The notes below the pieces were generated by a model. The model had not been told where the DNA came from. It worked only from the letters and a program-made list of their open reading frames with translations, and ran no database searches. From contig CDRNST010000199.1 in the NCBI GenBank assembly GCA_977016875.1, forward strand, positions 248,001 to 312,000: a stretch of DNA of 64,000 nucleotides, in the 5' to 3' direction. Numbering within the stretch: the first letter of the stretch is position 1; every line of letters begins with the position of its first letter. Below are positions 11,594 to 25,500 of this stretch, piece by piece. Both the position numbers and the translations under genes were made by a program. The DNA is from Pavona decussata. Taxonomy: Eukaryota.

Positions 11594-14500
11594 ATGGGGG
11601 CTAAACCCTCATCTATTAGCGACCTACAACATAACCCTGTCCTCCACAAGTTCACTGGGGAGGCAGCTATCGGGGAAGAGGATGAATTCTGGGACGATAT
11701 TTTAGCGTTTTCATTTCAAGCTCCATACAACAGGTAGGTTTGTATACGCTTTAAACATGTAAATGTTAGTTATAAACATTGTTTGTGTATTACGCTTACT
11801 TGAGGACTAGTTATGAACTGGTGATTTTATCACCCAATGTTGTGTCCTTCTTTATTTAATAGTGCCGTTTGTTTAGTAGAGTCATTCCCAAAGTGTTTGT
11901 ACGACAGTTGGTATCACCTGAATTTTTAAATTCACAAGATGGGCATATGTATGCGATGTAATCCACCGCATAATGCATATCTAAGTAATTTATCAGCTTT
12001 GAATTTATGCTTTTATGTGGTAAAAAATCTCTGCCGGTCTTCTCAAAGTTATCTAGCGTATTTTTCCTTTGTTGAAACGAGTTCAGAAGCCCTCTTAAAT
12101 CACTAATGGCGCGGCTGCTAGTGTAGTTATCACTTGAATAAAATATGATTTAAGTGTTATCACTTTCATTTAGCGCAAGTCGAGTTTATACGTGTACATA
12201 ATTTGTTTTCATAATTATAACTGTTTTATCCTGGCTGGTCTTTCATGGTTAAATTTTCAGTCTTTCAACTGGTCAGGAATCTGATTTCGTGGTCAGGTTA
12301 AACTACATAATTTGTAATCTTACAAATAATAAATCAAGCGCAGGCAAACTCAGTCATTTGCAAGGAATTTTAATTTGTTGTAATTATAAACAAAATTGAA
12401 GACAGGCATTTTTTGGTAATTTAATTACTGCACTAACTGATGAAACTAAATAATATTGTTTCATTTAGTTTGAATGCGTCTGGAAATCAGATATAACTGT
12501 TGATAATCAGTGAGAGTAATTTCATTCTGATGGAAAGCAGTTTTGTTCAGGCTACAGTTCATTTAAAATTAAGAATTTAACACAAATGTCCTGAGTGTTC
12601 TCTGTTAAAAGTCTGGATGTGAATTTGAAGCACCTGATTAACAGTGTGATGTTTTTGTTTTTCCTTTAAATCAGTGCTGATGCAAGATTATTGGAAGAAG
12701 CTACAGAGCCAATTTGCCAAAAGTTAGGTAAATGGAGACATGCTCTAAATAATAAATTGAATTACACATCTTAAATTAAGTCTGTATTGATTGGTTACCT
12801 GACCTTAGTATAATTCTCAGTGTTCTTCTAGGATCTTTCAGAAATCTTCAGATAATTTTGGAAAAAGTATTACCCTTGACTCAAACTTGAATTAATATCT
12901 TTAGAATATCATGTTCTCTTTCCTTTGGTCTAAGATGCCAAGAGACTTGCTTTAATAGTGAGAAAAATAAATTCAAGGCTAATATAAGAAAAAGAGACTA
13001 ATGGCTGCAGGGCTGCAAATAACTAACGGACAGGCGCCGGTCACGTTGTCCGGTCAAACATGTTTTTGCTCGGACACTACCCGTTTTTGGCCGGTCAAAT
13101 TTTAACAGTCGTAACTCTTGCGATAGTGAAACCAAATTGCACAGTAATCCTTTTATAACTAAAAAACAACTGAATCCAAGTCGGTTTGGCAATAAAAATT
13201 ACAAGTTGATAGTTTTACTACTCTTTACTGCACAAGCAGCCTCGCATTCAGTACGTGGAACGGTTACGCAAGATACATGTACAACCGCAATTGTCCGTTT
13301 TGCTTTGCATCTGGCAAAATCACTTACAATTAAATATAACACTTTGACAATCGACACATCATTTGTACAACTGAACTTTAAGTAAAATGTGCAAAACATA
13401 TTAAAGCTGAAGGGTTCAATCGATCTCTTAATTAATTTGAAAAAAGAAGTTAACTGAAATGTAAACTTAAACAAGATACACTTAACTCTAATTCATATCG
13501 TCTAAGGGTTTCGAAATTTGGCAGCACTGTATGTAATTGTATTAAATGCATGGCGTCTTATTCCAAGTACAACTGTTGCGCTCGCTGACTTTCTTCCATT
13601 TAGAATCCCTTTAAGACAACTTTATTCTTCCACTTTTTGTGTTATACGCTCCATTTTTGAGTTGCATCGAGTGATGAAATCACCAGAAAGCTTAGTAACC
13701 AAGCATGTTTTGCAGGGTATGCTGGAAGTAACGTATAGTTTGTTTTCTTTTCGCACTTTGCAACAAATGCTACGTGGAGTATTCTCGGTGCAGCGAGACT
13801 ATTCTTCGTGAGGGTGCTTTCCGATCATTCAATCAATCAAATAATCAATCACTTTATTTAAGAGTCAATCAAGCTATCTAGCCAAAGGCAAAACCCTCTA
13901 CTAATTGGGAACACTTAAAGTAAATAAAATAATGGTCGCATTGCGGTCGCGACAGGACTTGATGACATCGTGGAAATTTGCGACTACCGGGAATTTCTCA
14001 ACCACTAATTTGTCTATAGTTTTATCATAGTTAATTCGTTTTGTTTTCTTTCGGAAACATGAATGTTGTCCCTCGTGATTATCAAATCGTTGAAAATTAA
14101 AATTTCTCTGAACGAGTCGGTAAAGGACCGGACAAGATGTCCGGCAATCCAAGGATTTGTCCGGTCAATACCTAATTTTGACCGGACATTGTCCGTTGAC
14201 CGGCAGTTATTTGCAGCCCTGGGCTGCCTTGGTTGATTCTTGAAAGTTGCGGGAACTGTGCTTTTTGCACCAACTTGGCTTAATTACAACTTACAGTTGG
14301 AATCTTGATGTGGGGTGTATCTTAATTTTCTTATATTTAATTCCTTTATCTTAATTATTTCTTACTATTTTTAAAATAACAATATTGAAGTTTGAATGAG
14401 GCCCTTAACTACTGTTAAAATTATTATAGGTTAAAAATCCAAGCTTTTGCTGATCAACAGCATCATCAGGACCGTTGATCGGCAAAAGCTTGGTTTTTTA

Positions 14501-17500
14501 ACCTATAATTAACCTACTGAAAGACAACATGCAAAGATTACTATTATTAGTTTTGGGTTTTTAACTTTGAAATCATATGATTATATCTTTTTTAGAATCT
14601 ACCAGTATATTTATCTTTTATTCGCATCCAATTAATGCTAGAGGGTCTGACACAGCAATACATTCTAAAGTTTACTACCATCTACTACTCATTGTGGACC
14701 CATTAAATTCAGAACTACATACATACATATCATTTTTGTTGAGGCAGGTTGGTTTGCGGCAACCCAAAGACTGGTGTGGACCTGCCAGGATCTAAAAAAA
14801 TACTTAAATATATGTACAAGTCTTAATTTATAAATTTAAAGCTTACTTAACGGAAAGAAATTTCAAGAACTTAGAAATATAAAAATCCGTTTGCTTTGAT
14901 GTTATCACACAGGCCTCCTTTTCGAATTAATTACAATCTACGTAATGTCCTTGAGGACTGTCTAACTGATTTATCACTAAATTTTGAAGTGACCAGTGCT
15001 TAAGTACAGAAAATATTAAAATATATATTAAGTTACCCAGTTACAGTTAATAAGTACTCAACATTAGATTTTTACTGGTTGTTTTTCAGTTGGAAACAAT
15101 TTGAAAACAAGCAATTTTGTCACGCTGATTAAAGTGTTTTTAAAGAGAATTCCTGATCTTAAAGACAACACCAAATGTGAAGAGTAAGTATATCTGCAGG
15201 TCAAAGAATTAATAAATGAGCTGATAGGTCATGACAGTTACACATTCAAATGATGGATCAGAGAAATGACTTTGCAGAGTATGCTAGAGTTCTAAAGTGA
15301 ACCTATGAATTTCTACTGAGCATTAGCCCTAGAAATGAAATGTGAGACCGCATGAGGCAAAGAAAAAGGCCTTCTAGATACCTTGGGAATTGAACCTACA
15401 ACCCCCTGATTTGATCAACTATTATTGCTTTACCGACTAAGCTACATGTACAATGTACAAAGCCAGACAGTAGCAAGTAAGAAAGTTCATCAGTTAACTT
15501 TCACACTCTCACATACATTGTAGCGTTAATTAAATCTAATCCATCATGTGTGTTAGTCATGATCATTAGTACAAGCATCACAAAATTCATTCATGATAGT
15601 TATAGATACACAATTTAAATTAGCAGCTGTGGCCAAATTTAAACCTGCAAAAATTGATAACTCAAATGTCATCAGAACCCTGCATTATTTCTGCAGTACT
15701 AGTGCAATGCTGTACCAAGTTAGCTATCAAGCCAACTGGGAGCTGTTCATTTTGTATTAAGTTTGTAATATACTGCAGAAGATGCAGTGGTAGATTATAA
15801 GCTCAGTTGGTAGAACACTACAATTTCCTTCACCTAAAAGCGTGGGAAATTATTACAATTTTGACAAAAGGCACACAAAGTTATTTCCTAATTTCACCCG
15901 TCACCATTATCTTTATTATCGTTATTACCCAATGCAAATACACTGTACATGTATATGCTCAACACTAGTACATAGAGAAAACCTTGTAATTAACAATTCT
16001 CAGTCTTCTCAAAAGCTGACTTGCATTTTTATTTCAGTGAGGACTTCACGTGGGAAACATACAATGCCATCCTTCTGGTGCGAAGTTTTTCAAAGTATTT
16101 TATTGAGTTTTTACCCAATGAGGAAGTAATAAAGCAGTTAGGTGGCTCAGTAGTCAAGTCACAGGGAGATGAAGAGGTGTCTGGCTTCACTGAACATGTA
16201 CTGCATTGTACAGGTAAGCCACTGATGGTGATAATGACATACATGAAATATGAATGACATTTGCATGGTACATGTAACAAGATTTAAACAAACAGTCCTC
16301 TGAATGCATGATTGTTTTAAAATTAAATTTAGTAATTAGCCTATGTTACATGTACAGTGTATGGGAGGCTTAATTATTGTGAGTAAGATTTCCTGTTACC
16401 AACAGTATTTTCATTAAAATTTCTTGTTATTTTTCCGGCAGATTGTGGTATCATTGAGGATCTTATTTGTGGGCTTGTAGATGTCATTATTAATGTGCCT
16501 GTCAGGTATTCATTTAATAATTTATTTAAAGTATGCTAATACATGTATTCATAATTATAATATTATATTTTTTTAAATTAGCAAGTGTCTGTATCCTTCA
16601 TAAATAAATACAGCTGTATGTGCAAGAAAAACGTTCCATAAAAACACTAGTATTAATAACAAAATTAATAAATTACTGAATTGCCTTTTAAGCCTCTGTT
16701 CATGGTTCGTACAACTTCAGACAAACAAAATTCAAGGACTTTTCAAGGACAAAAACTAGTTTTCAAGGACCAACGTTTATTCAATATAACGACCTTTTTC
16801 GTACCCTTTTTTCACACCAAAAACACAATTCATTTATAACCCATTCCGGTTTTTAAATAGTTCAGTTTTGGTTGATGACCTTTGTCCTGGTAAGGCCATC
16901 TTGTAAAATGATCAATCACTGTCTATTTTACTTGCACTTACGTCTGAGTTAAAGAAATAAATTTTGAAAAACAGATACAGGAATACAATATCGTTCAACA
17001 AAAAAAATGATACCAAATGTTTCAGCAGCCTTTTAGAGCTTCCAATTTTCCATTTAGTTTGTCCTCAACTTCTTGCAGTTGAAGAGTCTTATCTTTGGCT
17101 GCCTTTCTAAGAGCATTGGACTTTAATAGTGACAAGAGTCAGCTTCCCAGTTTCTTCAGCTTTGACACTCAAATCAAATCAAATCAAATCAATGTCCACA
17201 GAATCTCAGCAGAGAGCACGTCATTTTTTCCCACAAAATTCGCCAATGTGCCACATCCTTGACATCCGTCAGTACGCTTGACTGTTGACTGACCATATGG
17301 TGCTGGTGGTGGCAGGGGAACAGAAAATTGATCGTTATTCGCTTCTGCACAACTAGGACCAGATTCCAACCTTTGATCACAACTTGAACTACGTTCTTTA
17401 TGTAAAAATGTAGTCGTCAGCACAGACTGAGTGGAAGTTGAAGTTGCACCAGTGTTCCTTTTTTGTTTCTCGCCTTTCATGTGTGACTTCAAGACGCTTT

Positions 17501-20500
17501 CTCCCATGCTTTCTTATGTCTTTCACTTTGTTACAAACGCAACACATGGCCTTGTGTTTGTCGCCTTTGAATTCTTTCACCCAGCTAAACTTTGCATCAC
17601 TTAACCATTTACGATTAAATACACATTTGCCCATCACTCGTTTAAATTGCAAATGAAGGGAAAGTCAACAATAGCTCGCTTACAAAACGCAACACATCAC
17701 AAAGCCCCTGAAACCAAATGCATGCAGTGGACAACCCCACATTAAAGGCCTGGTGAGACGTGCATGAAATTGAGGCAAAGATCAATTTTCACTTTGTGTA
17801 CACTCAAATGTGTTATACAGACTATTTGTCATATTGTTATCGCCAGTCATTCGGTTGTCAATGATCCAATTTTCCCAGCAAAATCATTCATTTTTTTAGA
17901 AAAGTGCTATGGCATAAACAAATTACCAAATTTCGAGGACTTTTCAAGACCTAATTAAGAAATCAAGTACTTTTCAAGGACCTTAACTGAATTCAAGGAC
18001 TTTTCAAGACAAGTACTAAAATTCAAGACCTTTTCAAGCTTGTACGAACCATGTCTGTTGATAGTAAGGAGTTCTTAGCTAGGGTTCCCCAGTTGATAAT
18101 TATTATCAACTGGGGAAGAGGTCAAGACTGCTATACTCAAACAGGACCCACCAAACCACAAAATACTGTCTAGATGGCAGTCTCTGCCTGCATCCCACTA
18201 CCTCAACCTGAAAAAGATTATTGAAAGATCTTTATTGCATAGCCACCCCTCCAGCTATAGCTAGCTGAATATTTCTGTGTCAACTCAAATTTTAAAGCCA
18301 ATAAACTTTGTTGGTAATGTTCATGAGATAGGTGGTGTCTTTGATAACTCCCCACCCCAGACATTAGGTACTGAGCCCTCTTCAAACAAGCACGTTATTC
18401 AAGACCAGTTCCCTTTAGAAAGTTTCCCGTTCCCATGAGTGACTTGATGATCCTAATTAATCATGATCATAAGGACTGTTGTGTCGCTTATGTGACTGTG
18501 GAATGCCGAAAAACATGCCCATCTGGTTATTAATCAAAGACGTTTATGATTGACATAATCATAATCATAAGAAATTGGTCAAACATCATCTTATGATTAT
18601 AACGATGCCTATGATCATTATTGCTGGCGCAGCAAGGGAGCCTGAAGTGACCAAGTGAGGCAGCACTCTAATAGCATTGGATAGTTGGGGAAGGGGGGCG
18701 CTGGTTTGCTAAATATTTGAATGACTTTTCAAATGTTTTGCTGGATATTAATCCTTTTCAAATGACAAGCTTAACATGAAAACATTTTATTTCATTTCAG
18801 ATTTTTCATTTCGTGACTTTCCACTGCCAATAAATACACTTTGGGTTGTTATACACGTTATTTACCCATTATACCAAGGTTTCTTGAATCATATAGGCAC
18901 AATGGGCCACGTTCAACCTTTCCTTCCCATTCTCACCTCCCTTCCCACAGCAGCATTTACTGCTGTTCCATTGAACTAGTCATTATGATTATGCCACTAG
19001 TGGGAACCAAACCTAAAAATGAAGGAGATGCCCTTCCAAAATAAACGGTTTTTAATTATAAACATTTAAGTAGAATTGTGTATTAATCTGTACCCAATAA
19101 AGTAATTACAGAATGAGTTTTTTTTTTTCCAATATTTCCACTGGGAATGCAGTGGACAGAGGTCAGTTTAGAGCCTGTGGATATGCCACTGAGCGAATTT
19201 CCCATTGTTTATAAATTTAGTTATTTTATTGTGTAAGAGATCTGACTTTTGCTGTTATCTTTTGTTGTTTCATATCTAGTGAGGTGACATATCCTATTCA
19301 TGTGGAAGCAATCAATACATTATTAGTTATGTTGTCAGTTCAAATGTTTGATCCTGGAGCCTCTCACAGTAGCATCTTCTACCAAGTCATCATGAAAGGA
19401 AGATGGTAAGAAATCAGTATTTTGAATGAGTACCCCTGTTGTGTGGATCTGATAAAAAATTGCAAAACAAAGCCCTAAGCCAATAATTAAAATTGGATGT
19501 ACAACACATACAGGGTATGTATACTGTATGTATACACATGTTTGAATTAGAACTTTACGCAGCTCATAGCATGTACTGGTATAATGGTATAATTATAAGT
19601 GAGTGCTTGTATATCAGTTGTCTTGGTAATCAATGCAAAACCTATCAATTGGCAACTGTATGCATGCCTTTTTTTATTGGGTAAATATGAACTCAGCCCA
19701 GGTAAACATTTAACATGCTTAATTCTTGTTGCTCAGTTAATCATCAGTCAAGAGTTCAATGGTATTATCCATACACCGACAAATCAGTGCAGTGATGTCT
19801 TTACAATTCAATGGTTAAAACTGAGAGAAATTTATGGATTACTATAAAGTAACTCACAGATAATTAAGCTGGATAAACGAATAATATGTCAGTCATGTAG
19901 GTTACAGTTATCTTTTTCCTGGACAATGCAGCTGTTAACTTAAGTCAGCAACTGATCTGTCTGCAACATACCGAAAACTGTTAGTACTGGTTGCACTCAA
20001 AATGGATACTAAGAAAACTACCATCTGAAACTACATGTCATATTATTGACAAATGAAATTCATACTAACAAAGAAACAAAACAGGACAAAACAGATCTGT
20101 TAATTACTGATAAAAATATTAAAAGTTAGAGCATTTTTAGCAGAATATATTAATAGACATTTATGATACAGAACTATGTATGTGTTCAAAATTTATCAAA
20201 AACCATCCAGTTTACATTTAATTAATAAAAGTTTACATTCGCTTCTTTTGTAATTTTGTTTATGGGTTATTGTGATGAGTATCAATATATAATTAAGCTT
20301 CCTCTCCTTTAATTCTAGTCATTCAAGTGCAGATGATCTTGTTAGAGTTCTTTTGAAGAATTTCATTAAAAGAGAGAAAACTCCACCAGAGCTGACAAGG
20401 GTGACCAATGGAGGCTGGTTCTGTAAGTGATATTGTTGAGATTGGTGATGATATTTTACATGATACAGTAAATGAATTTATTGAAGAATGTCAGGAATGT

Positions 20501-22515
20501 TCAACTGACTTCAGGTAAAAACTAAAGTGTGCCCGGCCAGAGAAAGAATCTCCCCCCCCCCCCCCCACCCCCTTCCCTCCTTCCATGAGAAATAATTCCT
20601 GAGCTGAAAGTGTAGGTATATGAAAGTCTAGCTACAAAAGTGCCACCCTTGAATTGACATGCAAAGCAATCCATGAGGAAACTGTAGTTCAGAGCAAGTA
20701 TTCTGAATACGGGCTCATAGCAGTACTGCAGTATATTAATAAACATGCGGTAAATTTACTTTTGTTGATATTTTTCAGCTGGTGTTTGGTCTTGGTTTGG
20801 TTCTCATAGTGCAGATGAAGATGATTCATCTCTTCTGGCAAATCAGAGTTTGCTTCTGCTTCTTGTTCTTGTTAATCATTGTACGCAAGACAAGAAGAAA
20901 ATGAATCCCTACAGGCATGCACTGTTTTCCTTTACAAACAGAAAAGTCAAAGGTACTGTGCATAGCTGTCATTTCATGCAATAATAATCAACATAATAGC
21001 ATAACTGTCTTATTAAAATAAAAATTGATGTGTAAAGGTGTACATGTACATGTTCGTGGCATTTTTTGTCTCATTTTTCAGTTTTAACATATTAATGGTT
21101 TAAAGTACATAATCACTAATTAGGAACTGGGTTACAATAGTGTATTTACAACTGGGTATGTTCAAAAAGTACATAAATATTAAAACTTGTGGTTGTATTT
21201 TTTAAATAACATGGCTGGCAAGAAACTGAACATTCTTAAAACAATTAAATGCATTCATCCCCCACATCCATGGCGAGCTAAAAGAGCATCTGCATAGGAG
21301 GCTACTCAAAGTCCTGTTTGAAAAAATATTGCAAACAGCTTCTCTTTGAAGCAGATGTTCTTGGGAGAAGAATGTCTAATGTCTGGTGAGCCCAAAGAGT
21401 TTATTAATGTCTGAGTAGGACTGGCTGCAGCTGTAAGTAAAATGTAGATGTTTGTCATGTACAACAGTTGGGTTTAGAGATGGTAGCTGATAGCATGATT
21501 GTATAATTTGTTTGTAATTCAGACAGTGCAGCTGAAGATGGTGAATCAGAACAGAACGGCAAACCACCGTTTACTCTACACATTGGCATGCTCTATACTG
21601 CAATTTGCAGGTTGGTCTGAAAACATGTCACCAAAAAACAAAACTTCACACCTGTCATCTGTTTGTTTTGATGGAGTAGTTTTCAATAGAATATCGTAAA
21701 ACCAAAACCATTTTGAAAGTAATTACTCTGGCCATCACAAGAGATGTAAACGGTGCAGTAAGCCAATCAGAATTTGAGGCACATACTGTACATGTAATCA
21801 ATTATCTAACCATGCAGCGCCAAGTGCAGAAAAACACATGCTTGGTTTGGTTTTGCTTCTTGTTGGTTGATAAAGACTAGTGCAGTGGTGCCAGTTTTGC
21901 TAACAAATCAGGAAGCTGACCTAAATTTAAGAACTGAAGGGCTTGGAACATAACTGACATATAACTTGAATGTGCTTTTTACGTGCAAACCCCTTTTTGT
22001 TGTTTTAGCTGCGATTTTCCAGATTTTTTGAATGTGGCCTTGAATTCCTTCAGCAAACGTTGGCCTAACTTTTTAACCTCTTCTTTACACTTTGTTTGCC
22101 ATAAAACCCCATGATTATAGGCAAGATTTCCATTTTTATCACAAAGCAGTGGATAAAACATAGACCATTGGAGCAACATTTCCTGAAGGAATTGGAGTCT
22201 ACATGCAAAACCACTGGTGAATCTGAGCTAAAACGACAAAAAAGTGATCTAAAAAATAATCACTATTAGTTTTGCCTCAAGCTCTTCAATATTAATGCTG
22301 AGTCCACAATGTTCTGAATAACTTATTGTCTGAGCTGAGAGCCAAATGTTTATACAATGTTTGTTCATGACTATTTAAATTGCAGAGACTTGCATAAAGA
22401 CCAAACAACACTTCTGCTGTATTTACTACTGCATCGCAATCCCAATGTGGCAACTTTTATCCTTTCAAGGACAGATATTGATAATTTGGTAAGTATTTGT
22501 AATGGTAGTAGGACT

Positions 22516-22556
<41 letters not shown>

Positions 22557-25500
22557 AAATCGACCGAGCGCGTAGCACGAGGCCGATTTGAAATTACTAG
22601 CCTGATTACCCTGAATTGTACGACACAAAGTCCTATTACCAATATTAATTGTGCCAATAACAAAATGCGAGAATCTCAGTCTTGGAATATTTATTCTGAA
22701 TAAAAGTCACTGGACCAGTTAGTTTCCTCCATTTTTCTTTTCCAGTTGAAGCTAGACAGCTTACCTGGTCACAATTTTGTCATTGATTTTGATTGGTTGT
22801 CATGTGCCATTTAGTGAAATTTCATTGGCTAGTGGCATTTGCTACTTAAGTTTCATTGGTTTTTTAACTGTCCGATTTGACCTGTCCTATTACAAGCTTC
22901 TAGTAATCGGACAGGCCAAATCGGACAGTTTTAGAGTTAAATAGCAAAATTAAGCTATAAATATGGGCTGTTAAGAACCAATCATATTCAAACATTTTGT
23001 TATTGACACAATTATGTTTAGAATAGTCACAGTGCAAATCAAAGAACTTGTGAACACTTTGACATAGTTTTGATAGCTTTCCTTTGTATGAGATTTCAAA
23101 CTTGCTGGAAATGTCAACTGAATGGCGACAAGAAATATTATGCTTAGAACTTTCTTTTGTTTTTGTTTCTGGTTGTTTTGTTTTTTTCCTGCAAATTATT
23201 GTTTGTCTTAGTACCGTGCATGATTCTCACAGTACATTCAAGATGAGATTAGGAAGTTCAATTTGTTATAAAATATCTCTTAGACTCACTGTACTCTTGC
23301 ATTTAAAAGGATAAAATTAAACCACAACATATATATTCGTACACATATGTACTTCTTCACTTGTTGTACATACTTTAAATCTAATATGTATCATTCAGTC
23401 AAGTCTTGATTGATTCGAATGATTTCAATTTTGTTGATAACGAGTGGTAAAATATTGTTTAAATGACAAATTAAAAATTATTGATCAGTTGATCCAGTTG
23501 TTTGATTACAACTGATTACATATCTTTTCTCTTTCTTCCTAGGTGATGCCTATTTTAAAGCTGCTCTACAATGCAGATGATCACAATGCTCACCATATTT
23601 ATATGTCACTTATTATTCTACTTATCCTGAGCCAGGATGAGAACTTCAACAAATCTGTCCATGAGCTGGTACAGTTTACATTATTCTATTGATAATATAT
23701 TCCCTGGATTGTTCACAGTCCCCTATTTTTCCGTGGGATTTTTGAGACATGTACGCTTCAATTGAACTTCCGCCATCTTGGTTTAATGGCGAAGGCAACC
23801 TGGGGAGAGTGTCTAAGGCTACCAAGGGGAGCAGGAGTGGGGAGCGGAATCTCGCTCCTCCTCCCCCACTCAACGTACCCTGACTAGGGTCCCCCTTGGT
23901 AGTTTAGACACTCTTCCCAGGTTGCGCTTGCCTTTACAAACTGATGGTGGGAGCTCGACCGAGGCGTACAAGTCTCGAAAATCCCATGGAAAAATAGGGG
24001 ACTGTGAACAATCTATATATTTATTCCCTTTTATGGCTGCGAATTAGTTTTTCCAGATGTTTTCCCTGAGAATGTGGATGTCATATTAATTTTCTAAATA
24101 CAGCTGTAGTAGTATTTGGCAAATTATTTTTTTGATGTTCTGGCTCTGTGCAACCAGCTTTCTTATTTTTTTCTGTACCTATATTCCTTCTGGGTTTACA
24201 TTTTACCAACGCTGAACGGAAACAGTACAATATTAGTACAAAATGCAGAGAAGTTAAAATAGGCATAAAACTACATGGATTGTATAACTGTAAGTAGGTA
24301 GACACATTCCTCTACTAAATCAGTGAGGGGGTCTCAATTTAGCACTCTTGTGTAAAAAAAGATCTGAGTCCTGAAACAAGATGTGAAAAAAAAAACATAA
24401 AAGGTGATCTCAGTTTAATAACTTTAGAGATGGATAAACATGTACATGTACTGTAACAGTTGATCATTGGTTATTGTCCACCAAATTTTTGAAATGTGGG
24501 ACTTAAAATTTAACTTCAGTTAGTAATAAATTGGATCTGTTCAAGGTTTGATGATTTTCCATGAATTTCTCTGAGCCTTTGCATATACAGATAACACGAC
24601 ATGTAGCATTCATGTTCATCCTTTGTTAACTTATCACATTTGCTTCTAGATAACAGACAGATAACAGACTTGAAATCAATAAATTATTATTGTCTTGTCA
24701 GCCAGCAAAAAATACACGTGCATTTCCAGCCCTGAAAGTCTTGATTTTCCTTTTATGTTTCAGATAATCCCCTCAATCCCATGGTACACGGAGCGAGTCA
24801 TCACAAACATCACTCTTGGAGGACTGCTAGTATTGGTGGTGCTTAGAACAATTCAATATAACATGACAAAAATGAGGGTGAGTGTATACTAACTTTTATT
24901 TTATTGTATGAGGAGGGCAGCGATGTGGAGTGAGATATTGAATACATTCGATCATTTCATGTAGAATCAGAACTACAATTTATTGTTTGCTGTCTCCAAA
25001 ATGTAACTTCAAATTGACTGCTGGCCAAACTTTGAGGTGGTTTCCTGCGCCATCCTTCAAACCCTTTGAATCTAATTCATACCAAACCATGTTGTACATG
25101 TGTGTGTTATTTTACATGCCTGTTTAATTAAGACTTGGTGCGAGCCGGCTTTGTCACATCATTCAATTAAATTTTTTGGTGCCTTTCTTTCTTGTTTTTC
25201 TCCCTTTTTCATTTGAAAACAAAAAGAGGTAAATATTTATGTCTATAAAACAACATTATGCTCTGATAGTTCCCTAAAACCATGTCCATTTTTATTTTCA
25301 GACCAGAACGTTTCTATATAGCTTGTATAAGGGAGCCCCTTCCCCTCCCCTTCCCAGTGGGAAAATTGTTTTTTAGTCTCTAGGACAAGTGTAATAGCCT
25401 CTAGTACTGAGTGCCTATTCACAACAATAGGCATGGCTTAATACTGAAGTACGTGTAATATGATTGTTGTTTTCCTTGCAGGACAAATACCTACACACAA

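Noticed and set aside
21979-22179. Possible DYM exon after the AG at 22008, or an antisense ORF
   Set aside because: No dymeclin similarity. Exon 21523-21610 supplies the expected segment in the right phase.
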